A stretch of 64,000 bases of DNA from Camelus dromedarius (Eukaryota). The position numbers were made by a program, and so were the translations under genes. Positions 22,352 to 32,800 of this stretch are shown in pieces (position 1 is the first letter of the stretch; each line of letters starts with the position of its first letter). Below the pieces are notes generated by a model. That model did no database searches. It was not told the origin of the DNA and worked only from the letters and a program-made list of their open reading frames with translations. The stretch lies in contig NC_087459.1 of assembly GCF_036321535.1 (NCBI RefSeq), positions 8,494,001 to 8,558,000 of the forward strand, given 5' to 3'.

Positions 22352-23060
22352 CAGCGGTTCTCAATGGGGGGTGATTTTGCCCCCAAGGAGACGTGTGGTA
22401 AAGTCTTGAGACGTTTTTGGTTGGTTGTTACAGTTGGGTGGGAGTGTTAATGGCATTTACTGGTGCATTAGTTTCCTATTGCTGCTGTAAAAAATTACCA
22501 CAAACACAGTGGCTTCAAGCAACATACATTTATTATCTCACAGTTCTGGAATTCAGAAGTTCAAGATGGGTCTCAGTGGGATAAAATCAGTGTGCAGGTG
22601 GGCTGCGTTCCTCCTGGAGGCTCTAGAGGAGAATCCATTTCCTAGACTTTTCCATCTTCTAGAGGTGCCTGTGTTCCATGGCTCACCACCATTCCTCCCA
22701 TCTACAAAGTGCGTCACTCCACCCTCTGTTTCCATTGTCACCTCTCCTTCTCTGATTCTGCCTCCCTCCTCCATGCTTAAGAACCCTTGAGATTACATTA
22801 GGTCCACCTGGATAATTCAGGATGATTTGCTTATGTTAAATTCAGCCAACTAGCATTCTTCATTTCCTCTGCAACTGTAATTCCCCCTTACTATGTAAAG
22901 TAAATATTCACAGGTTCCAGGGATTAGAATGTAGATATCTTTGGGGAGGGGCTATTTTTCTGCCCACACAAATGACTAGAGGCCAAGCATGCTGCTCAAT
23001 ACCCTACAGTGCCCAGGACAGCCTCACAAATGCCAACCGTACTGAGGTTGAGAAACGCTG
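22352..23060. mobile_element. MER20-like hAT DNA transposon split by a MaLR LTR (halves 22352-22463 and ~22975-23060)
   Basis: Left end cagcggttctcaatggggggtgattttgccccc and right end gaggttgagaaacgctg match my recollection of the MER20 consensus and are terminal inverted repeats. Confidence 0.75.
22464..22970 (-). mobile_element. MLT1-type (ERVL-MaLR) LTR
   Basis: Characteristic tgcattagtttcctattgctgctgtaa...aattaccacaaac...ttcacaggttccagggattagaatg sequence. Confidence 0.75.
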
Positions 23061-23099
23061 ATCTAAGGTCATACATGAGTTATGCTGGGGGCTTCTGGT

Positions 23100-23450
23100 T
23101 AGGAGGGGGCAAAGGGAGCCCCCTGGGGAGCTGCAATGTTTTCTATCTTGATCTGGGCTGTGGGAACGTAGGCGGATGCATATGTAACGAATTGTTAAGA
23201 TATGCACATTTACTCAAAGTGTGTGATACCTCCTTAAAAAGACCACCAAATTTTAGAGTAGTAGTTAAGTTTATTATTTCAAAATAGGGAGGCAAATACT
23301 AGGAGAAATATCTGAAGGAGTTGGAAGCAGTTGCCCCTGGAGGGCAGAATGTGAAAGGCTGGAACAGAGATAGCTTTATTTTTTCCCTTATACTAGCATT
23401 TGATTTATAATGTCTATGACCTTGATTAAAAAAATAATTTTAAAATGACA
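23100..23450 (+). mobile_element. Decayed L1ME/MC 3' fragments
   Basis: aatgttttctatcttgatctgggctgtgg motif and AT-rich tail; heavily diverged. Confidence 0.45.
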
Positions 23451-25284
23451 AAATGGGGAGATTTTCTCAATCACTGTGTCATTTGGATGAGGTTCCTGTT
23501 GATGACCAGGCTCTGTACCTGGGGTGGGGGCTGTGAGTATGAAGCTGAGGTGGTTCTGATCCCTGGAGGTCTTGGTCCAGTGTCACCAAGAATGGTGTAC
23601 AGATAGTCAGAGCCATGATTCCTAGGAGGGGCTGTGTGTAGATGAAAGGAGAGGTGAGTCCCAGAAAGAAGAATCACCTCTCATGGACTGTTAGGGTCAC
23701 TGCCTCTGCTGGCAGTGGACCTTTGACTCCAGACTCCTGGTTAGTGGACACTTTTGTCCCTGTGCTCAGGGCTGGGTGGGGCACAGAGCCCCTTTTCCTC
23801 CGCACTCCAAATGGGAGGCCCCAGGGACCATCAAGCTATTCTGTGCTTTGCTCCCTTCCCCAGTCCTGGGCCCCCTCCCCACATGCCTTCTGAACACCAG
23901 ACAGGCAACCACCCTCCTCTGTCCCAATGTGGCCTTCATCCTTCACCTGCACCCTGACAGTTTCACTCCCTCTGGTCCATAGTCATAAACAAGCTGGAGG
24001 GATCACTGGTATTTCAACTTCAGATACTGAACATGTCCTTATGCAGAGCACTTTTTTCTCTGCTTAACACTGTATTTTCAGATTTGTTCACGCTGCTAAT
24101 GGTAGTTCTTTTCAATTTTCTAACTGCCACAGAAATCTCCATTATACCATAGACCACAATTGATCAGTTTTTGTATCAATGATGTTCTCCCTGCAGAAGC
24201 TCCACGCCCAGGCTAGCAGTCCCCTGCCTCCTCTTAGCAGGGAGGGGGTGGCAGCACCAGGGGAACCCTGGCAGCCTGCATCGTGCCGAACCACCCACCC
24301 ACCACACACTCCAGGAGGTTCTCAAAGCCAAGGGGCCCCAGAGGAGCATGGTAGGGGGAGGCGGGGGGGGGTCAGCTTTCAGCACAGCCTGCTGGTCCCG
24401 AGGGTTCTCCAGGCCCCTCCAGGTGCGCAGGCGGCTTCCCTCCACTCTGCTGGGTCCCTGCACCATCACTCCTCCATCAAAGGGTTTTCACTGACAGCTA
24501 GGAGACTAGGCAGCCACTGGAACAGCAACAGCCATAGATGGTAGCTACACCATTACTGAGCACTTACTGTGTGCCAGGCACAGTGTCAAGATCCAGCCTG
24601 GATTTTTTTAATGCTCATACTGGGCTCCAGAGCACATTTCTCATTGGTTCTGCAAGGCTGTGGAGAGGGCTGCTGCTGCTTCCAAGCCTCCCCCGGGAAG
24701 TGGGGTTCACCAGACCCTATTATGCCCCTCATGCCTCAGAAGCAGGTGCCATCCTCTGCACCCCACAGCCCCTCTGCACCTCTCCTGACATGGACACGTA
24801 AGAGGAAGCACAGGCCCAGACTGTGTTCCCCATTCCCCCAGAATCACCCCTCTTTTTTGACAAAGAAATGGGCAGAGGGGAAGGGGAGGTTTTCATTGAG
24901 AACTACAGCTGGGGTCCCCAAACTGGAACTCTCAGGCTGGGGGTGGGGAGGCTAGGTGGGACTCCAGTCATCCCACTGCTTAACCCAAAAGGTGATCTGG
25001 AACAAATTAGTTTCCCCCATGCCTTAGTTCGCTCATTGGTAGATGGAATCAATAATTCTCCCACCTTGTGGCAGTGTTTGGAGGTCAAAATAAGATATTT
25101 CAGGATCCTTGGTGTCTGAGATCTACAAGCTGCCCCACAAATGATATGGTTGCTGGGGGGTGGGGTTAGGTCAGCTTATTTTGAGGGCTGCATCCTCCCT
25201 GGTCTGGGGTCCAAGCAAGAATGGGTCAGGCCCTGCTCTTTGGGATGGGGCTATTAAGCCCAGGCAGGCCCAGAGGGATACTCT

Positions 25285-25520
25285 GGGGGACTATTCAGAC
25301 AAGGGCCATTTAAGTAGGATTCTGAAGGATGAGTAGGAGTTTGCCAAGTGGAGAAGGAAGGGAAGTACATTCTGTGTCCCAGGCACAGAAGCTGAGAGGT
25401 GGGCAAACTCCTGGGTCATTGGGTACAGCAAATGAATTGAGAGTGGCCCTAGAAAGTGGTTTTCAGGGGACCATGACCAGAGAGGAGGCTGGAGGTCTGC
25501 AGGGCCTTATTCTGCCCAGG
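25285..25520. mobile_element. L2 fragment
   Basis: ctgaaggatgagtaggagtttgcca, a purine-rich L2 motif. Confidence 0.45.
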
Positions 25521-26059
25521 CTAGGGCTGGGGGCATGAGGGGCTGACTCTATTCTGGAAGCCTTCGGGAACCACTAACTGTCTCAAGGAGGGTTTGATGT
25601 GGCCAAACTTGCAGTTGCTAGCATCCATCTAGCTGCAGCTGGGGAATGGATTGGTGGGGAGAAGCTAGGCCTGTGTGGAAGATTTGAGTGCTGTGTTAGG
25701 TGAGGAAGAGGAACAGCCCTCAGGGGAGGAGATACACAGAGGGGTCTTAAATTGTGTGGGAGTTGGGGTGGGGGCACCAGTGAGCTCTCCTGTCTTTCGG
25801 CCCTATGGTTCTGCCAGCCTCCCTGTCTTTGCTCTGCTTGGGGCCCACTTCAAGAGCCCAGCTAAGGGGGCATCCTGTCCCTCCATCCCTGTGCCTGGCA
25901 GTTCCTTCCTCTCCTCCTTGAAGGGAGGAGGCAGAGGAGGGCTGAGAGAGGGGAGCAAGGGAGCTCCCAGTAGAGCATCAAGATGAGTTCTAGCTAAAGG
26001 CCCACTCAGCGAGGATGCTGGGCTCCTCTTCTCCCTCCATCTCTACCACCCTTGGGGAG

Positions 26060-26238
26060 CCCCGCGGGTATTGCGGGGGCGAGGAGGGGCGGGGCCACCG
26101 AGCATTTAATAGTTGGACCCGCCGGGACCAACACCTAGCCTGCAGCCTCCAGCGCTCTGGCCTCCCGACGCTGAGCGCCTGGATCCCGCCAAGCCAGTTC
26201 CAGGTCCGCCCCACCGGGCGGCTCTCGACGTGAGCACC
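26060..26238 (+). promoter_or_regulatory. NPW: NPW promoter (GC box plus TATA-like element)
   Basis: GGGGCGGGGC at ~26086 and TTTAATA at 26105-26111, at the 5' edge of a CpG island. Confidence 0.55.
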
Positions 26239-27041
26239 CTGGCGCGGGGAACGGGGGTGCGGGGCCCGGGGCGGGGGGCCACTGCGAGCCTCTTGCTACT
26301 CGCATTGCTGTTGCTGCTGCTGCTTCCGCTGCCCGTGGGCGCCTGGTACAAGCACGTGGCGAGTCCCCGCTACCACACCGTGGGCCGCGCTGCGGGCCTG
26401 CTCATGGGGCTGCGCCGCTCGCCCTACACGTGGCGGCGCGCGCTGCGGCCCGCTGCCGGACCCCTTGCCTGGGACACTTTAGGCCCGGGCGTGTCCCCCC
26501 AGGGGCCATCTGCCAGAAACACCCTCTCCCCGGGGCCCGCCGCCCGCGATGCTCTGCTGCTTCCCTCCGGGGTTCAGAAACTGTGGGAGGTGCGTCGCAG
26601 AAGCTCCGGCGCTGGGCTCCCGGTCAGTGCCCCTCGCCGTTCGCAAGCCCCGGCGTCTGCACCCCAACGGGAGCCGTGGCTGGGCTCCTATTTCTGGACC
26701 TCCGCAGAGCAGGCCAGGTACGCGGGGAGAGGAAAGGGGAGGGGATAGCAGCGAGCGAAGGGATCTTGAAAGATCTGAGCCCAGGACGCATGTCCCCGTT
26801 CCCACAGGGCACCCTGCGAACTTTCCATCCCTGACTTCAAGCCGAGGAAGGCTTTCCTGACGCAGTCTCTACTCTTCCAGTGTGGGGGGTCGGGAGGCGG
26901 GAGCGTAGTGGAAGGCGCACAACCCTCTCCCCACGGTCCTGCTCTATTCTTTCTAGAGCTCTCGGAGAGTCTCCCGATCAGCCACAGTCTGCGCAGGGAA
27001 CCGCCTTCGCCGGCCCCCGCCTCACCCCAGGGCCGTCCTGA
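26239..27041 (+). CDS. NPW: Prepro-neuropeptide W, CUG-initiated, 2 exons, 187 aa
   Basis: Exon 1 26239-26717 (ACC CTG G start) and exon 2 26957-27041. A 35-aa Leu-rich signal peptide is followed by [23 protein letters not shown] (NPW23, 26344-26412), then RRSPYTW (NPW30, to 26433) and RR. Confidence 0.95.
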
Positions 27042-27114
27042 TCTCAGCCCCTGCCCGCACCCACGTGCCTGACCCAGGCAGAGTCTCTTCGGCCTCCAGT
27101 CCCGCCGTCTGGTC

Positions 27115-27120
27115 AATAAA
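27115..27120 (+). terminator. NPW: NPW poly(A) signal
   Basis: AATAAA 74 nt after the stop codon. Confidence 0.85.
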
Positions 27121-28899
27121 ACCCGCCTGGTTCTCGCTCCCCCGCGTGTGACCCTTTTCCTCCGCGATGTGTACTTTGTCATCTAGCTTCCGGGAGCAAA
27201 CAGCCGCGCCCACGTCCTAGCAAATGTCAGGAGCCCTATGGCTGGCCAGAAGCGCTCCCCCCAACCCAGCCGAGATCTGTATGTCCTCGCCGGACAGAAG
27301 GGGAGACAGAGGTAGAGACACTGCTTGGGCCTGTGTCCCCTCTCCCTTTTCTGCCAGTGCTGCACCTCCTATTAGGGGGTGGGATCATCAGTCTAGGTCC
27401 CAGGGTCCGACAGGAGGAGAGGGGTATTCCACGGAGAGGGGAGGGCAAGTCACACCCTGGGTCCGGCTGCCATTCACCAAGGTGTGCAGGAAGAGGAAAG
27501 CAGGAGCTCATACCCTACTAGTGGGGCTGGAACTCCCACCCAGCCTCCCAGGAGTCCTACAGGGTGCCCCTCACTACGCCCCCTGGCCAGCCTGGGGAGA
27601 ATGTCCTCCCCAAGGAGGGGAACCGCAAGAGCTGGCAGCCCATCCAGCCTTTCTCCCATCTCCCAGCACTCATTTCAAACCTGGATCTCCTTGGAATTCC
27701 TCCCTCCCCTCAACCAAAGCCTTCCTGAGAAAGTGGGACCCATCTAGTCCCCTTCTTCACTGCCATGCTCCCTTCCTAGTGAGGAAGGGGCCCCTCCACC
27801 TGATACGCTCTTGCCTCCTGAGGGACCCCTCCACCACTTATTCCCTTCTGCATTTCCAGTTATTGTCTCCAGTCCCCCATGTCAATGTGCTATGTCATCT
27901 TGAATAGCAAGGATCTCCCTCCACCTGGGACCCCTTCCTGCCCCGCCCCACTTCACCTTTCTGCTCCCCCTTCAACCCTCTTCAGTATGGGCTTGGACTC
28001 CCACAACTGTCCTCAATGTCCAAGTGCCTGGTCACTGTGCCCTGATGCTGTTTGCCCTTGGAGTCTTTCCTTGGCCATGTGGCAAGACTGCCCTTGGGGC
28101 ACCCAGCAAGGACAGGAAAAGGGGTGGCCCCAGGTCTGTCTAGCTCCTGGCTTTGGGATGCCCTCGTGGAACCAGCTCCCACAGGACCTCCCTTGGCCTC
28201 TGGAAACACCCTCTGGAGGCCTCTCCCCACTGGCAATTTCCTCTCATCTCCTGGGTGCACCTTTCTCCCCACATGGTCCCCTAATGTGGGCAGTCTTTTT
28301 GATGTCACCATTCCAATTCTTAGGTATCCTAGAATTAATTTACCCTCCAGGACCTGCACTGGGGGAAAGGGTGGTCACAGACCAGTCAAGTCAACCCACT
28401 CTTTCCCCCACTTCTCCGATGCTCCTGCCCCTGCTCCTCACCAAACCTGGCCTTTCAAAACACGATGTCCTGACCTTGTCACCCCCCAGTGCACAACACC
28501 TGAAGGGCTCCCATCTCCCATGCAATGAAATCCATGCTCTAGGGCTGGGCCTCTGTTCCCCAGCCTCATTGCTCCCTCACCTTCCCCACACAGCCTGGAG
28601 AAACTCTGGGCAGATTCCAGAACAGCCCCATGGTCCACCCTGCCTGAGGACTCCAGCCCCAGGCTGGGTTAAATGCATCTCCTGGGGGCTGCTCGCCGAT
28701 ATTTCTCCATTGCTCGCCAGGCTGGCGGCAAGTGGCCTGCCAATGTTTGGTCACAAGTGATGGAATACTTGGTGAGAGGCTAGATTTCATATTGCCTGAA
28801 GATATCCCAGTGCAGAGGTTGGTGGCAGATCCAAGGTGAGACAGCTGAGCCGATTCGGGGCTCGGGAGAGACCTGGCTTCTCTGCCTACCACCCCTATG

Positions 28900-29420
28900 G
28901 TACCCCTATGCTTCTGCATCGCTAGCAGCCGGAGGGCGCGGACCTCGACCCAATCCCCCATCCCGCAGGGCTGGACAAGTCAGAGCCAGAAGGGCGGGGC
29001 GTGGGGCCACTCCCCGGGCAATGGAATCCCACTAAGAGCCGGCAGGTGGCGCTACAAGCCGCTCTCCCAGGCTACACTCGCACCCTGCGCCTCCGGCGAT
29101 GGGAGGGGCTGGGGCGGACAGTGGGCGTGGCCATCTCGGGGTGGGCGGGGCAGGCCTCCAGTGAGTTCTCCCTTCGCGGGTGTCCTGCGCTTCCGTAACT
29201 GTTTCGTCCTCGCCAATTCTCTCTCCCTCTTGTCTCTCGTCTCGTTTTCCCCTCTCTTCCCATCATGCTGGTCCCGTCTGCTCCAATCTGGGGCTCTGAC
29301 AGACAAGAGAAAGTCTGAAGGAAGGGGTCGTGAGCGAGGCCTGGTCATCTCGCGGGGCCCTTAATGCCCATTAGGGAGGCGGCGCCGGCCCAGGAAGCTC
29401 TAGGCCACTACCCGAGCGTC
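28900..29420. promoter_or_regulatory. Orphan CpG-rich element with GC boxes and a CTCF-like motif
   Basis: GGGCGGGGC at ~28992 and ~29142, CCGGCAGGTGGCGCTA at 29039-29054. No coding exon recognised. Confidence 0.5.
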
Positions 29421-31949
29421 AGATTAATGGCATCACACCCCCCCCCAGATGGGCCCCCAGCCCTCCCTCTGGTAGTGACAAGACCTCTGCCCACAGCTAC
29501 ACCCCAGGCCCAGGCTCTGCCCCACCGCTGGGGGCACTGCTGCAGGGAGGTAGGTTCAAAGGAAAGCCCCTTCCCTGAAACCCGAGCACAGGGCAACCCT
29601 ACTCCAGGTGAACCCAGGGTGGAGAAGGACTGGGAGGTCTGACATACCTACTCTGCTTCTGTCAGGTGTAGCAAGATGGCAGGAGTAGGGTGAGAAAGTG
29701 AGCATGAGGGAGTCACCCAGACCTCTGATCCCCTAAGACCTGAGAGCCTTCCCGCCTGCTGCTGGCCTCACCACACCTCCCCTAGTCCACTCCCCAGCGA
29801 CCCGAACAGTTTACAACCCAAACACCTTTCAGCACACACTTCCAGGCCATTGCCCATGCTGCTCCTTTCACTTTGCTGCCTTACCTGTCTCCTCTCACAC
29901 CTCCATCACAGTGGGGCTGAAGGAAAAGGCCTGGGAGACTGCCCATAGGGCTGCTCGGTCACCTTTCCTAATCCGTTACTCTCTCACTCATTCCTTCTCC
30001 CCCTTTGGAATTGTTACCTGCAGGTCTCACTCACCCCTGAACTGCTGCCTTTATACTGTAGCTGCTACTCACTTCCTTTGCTGTTCATCCCCTTTGTTAT
30101 TCAGATGTTGTCTTTGTTACTTTCTTACCTTTCTTGGGACTTCCTCGGCTCCTCTTTTGCTTGGGGGCCTACTTTGTTATTCTGGGATGCCAAGTTTCTG
30201 GCCCCTGGCTGTGACCACATCTCTTGGTTATTACCCCCCCCCCCATGTTCTGTTCCCATCCATTTTCATTCTTAGGGTGAGTCCTGGGCTGCAGAATGCT
30301 GATCTGAGAGCACTTGTTTTACAGAAGGAGGAGGTCTCAGAGCCTCCTGACCAAGGAACCAGGGATCCCTACCTTTCCTACCCCTTGGTCTCCCATCCAG
30401 CCACCTCCCTTGACTCTGATATGGCCTTAAAGCTATAGCCTGGCAGGTCCTAGGTGGTCCTGGTGACCCCTAAGCCCCACCTGGGGTGGTATATGGTGGA
30501 CCCCACTGTCCACATCCATCCTCATAGCCTCCTGGGGCAGCAGTACCAGGTTTGGTCCAGTAAGGGCAGTCATAGGGCAGACAGTCAAGCCTCTGGACGG
30601 ACAAATGGAGGTGGCTAGCCAGGCAGGAGCTTATGGCAGCATCAGCCAGGAACTCAGAGGTAGGGTAGGGGAGCAGCCATGCAGCCTCAGCCTAAGTGGA
30701 TTTTAGGGGGAGAAGTTGGGGTGTGGATACCCAAGGGGCTGCGGCCCAGGAGGCTGCCTAGAGGCAGGTCCTGTGCTTGGGCGGGGGCTAGGAGCCCAGG
30801 CAAGGGCACTGAAGAGGAGAGAAGGAGCAGTAAGAACTGAGCTGAGCGTGCTTCTCCCCTCATGGGGAACTGTCTGGTCTGGCTGTGCCTGACCCCTGGG
30901 AACCAGGTATGTGCAGGGGGTTGAGCAGGGTTGGGGAGGGGCAGGCTGAAGGTGAGCCTGCAGCTCAGCCAGCTTCCTGTATGTGTAACTGAAAAAGCTG
31001 AAGAGTGTGGACTTGGAATCTCACCACCTTGGGTCCAAGCGGAACTGGGGAATCTTGTATGGGTTTCTTTCCTCTCCAGATCTCAGTCTCCTGATCTGTA
31101 AAATGGCCCGAGACCCCTAGGGTTATTCCAGGTCAAATGTCCTCAGAGAGGCACACAAAGCATACATTCTATTGGTTGGGGGGAAGGGGCACATACACTG
31201 GTGGAGGTAGACATAGGGCTGGGGCAGAGGAGGGGAGACTCAAAGGGGCCTGCTCAAGGGAACAGTTCCTGTGAATGCTGACCACGGGCCAGTGCTCAGA
31301 GGCCCAAGTCGTTAGCACTTCTCACCCCAGGTCAGGAGGAGGGTAGAAAGACCCCTTCCAGCCAGACAAGCTCCCCCAACCCTCTGCAGTAACCCATCAG
31401 GCTGGGATGGACAGGGACAGGAGTAAGGGTCCCTGGCAAAAGGGAGGGGATGGTAGTTGGGAATGTTCAATGGACACACGCAGCACAGATAGACATAAAC
31501 ACTTCTGGGGAGGGCCAGGAAGTCACTTAGTCGCCAGCCTACAGGATATAGGGCGGGGATTCTGCCTCATCAATTTCAAACTCCTCTTTTTGCCTCCTGG
31601 ACCATCCTGGGACTCTGTGCTGAATCAGGGCAGCTCTGGGTGCGGGAGGGATCCTGACACGGAAATGGGGAATGGGAGGGTGGGGGAGGAGAGGGGCTTC
31701 TCATGGAGCTTGGGCAGAGCTGTGGCCCTTGTTCTTACCCTCTCGCCTCCATATGGGGGTCCCTCAGCTAACTCTCCCACCCCTTCCCACCTCAAGAGCC
31801 TACCTTAGTAGAGGTGTGGAGCATACTGTAGGTGATCAATAAATGTTCCTGGCATAGGAAGCAAGGTTCTGGCGTTAAGGAGGTTGCCCAGCACAGCCAT
31901 AGGAGGCTGTGGGGGCGAGACAGAGGGGTCTTGGTGATTCGGGGGTCTC

Positions 31950-32800
31950 CTGGCCCTGGAGTCTCCCTGCTGGCCTCTCTGGATTGGCGGAGCGCCTTTG
32001 CAGGGGCATGGCCAGGGTGGGTTGGACCCGAGGCGGGGGTGGCAGGGCGGAGGGGGCGGGGAAGGGGCGGGCGCGGGGGCGGCGCCGCAGCCCTAGCCGT
32101 AGCTGGAGCCGGAGCCCGAGCCCGAGGCGACGGGAGCCGAGCCGGAGCCGCCGAGACTGCCGCCGGGTGCCCAGCGCCACCGCTAACTCTGCGCCGCCCC
32201 CGCGCCCCTGCCTGCCGGCGGCGGGCGTGATCGCCGTGGCCAGCCCGTGGCCGGCCGGTGGGCAGCCGGCGCCATGGCCGCACCGGAGCCGCTGCGGCCG
32301 CGCCTGTGCCGCCTGGTGCGCGGCGAGCAGGGGTACGGCTTCCACCTGCATGGCGAGAAGGGCCGCCGCGGGCAGTTCATCCGGCGCGTGGAGCCCGGGT
32401 CCCCGGCCGAGGCGGCCGCACTGCGCGCCGGAGACCGGCTGGTCGAGGTCAACGGCGTCAACGTGGAGGGCGAGACGCACCACCAGGTGGGTGCCTGCGC
32501 TCCGCCCTCGCCCCGCCGCCCCGCCGCCCCGCCGCGTCCCCCACCCCATCTCCGAAGCGCGTCCCTGCCCATAGCGCGCCGAAGGTGCCAGTGACCACCT
32601 GGGGCTCCGTGCTGTCTGTGCCCAGGCCTCAGCTCCCTTCTCGGGGCCAGGAGGGGATCGCACAAGGGCCTGCGTGGGCTGCCGTGGAGAGGTGGGAGAC
32701 GTGGCCACGGAGGCACCGGCAGCCGACCTCCTTCCTAGCCTTCCCCACCCGGGTGGGTCCTGCAGCGCGGATGGGGAAAGAGATCCTGGCAAGGAGGGGC
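31950..32800 (+). promoter_or_regulatory. SLC9A3R2: SLC9A3R2 CpG-island promoter
   Basis: CpG-dense, multiple GGGCGG boxes at 32030-32080, GAGCC-repeat-rich 5'UTR. Confidence 0.75.

Noticed and set aside
27879-28760. 293-aa ORF downstream of NPW
   Set aside because: Pro/Leu/Ser-rich low-information translation with no domain or splice logic. Such a length can occur by chance at this GC content.
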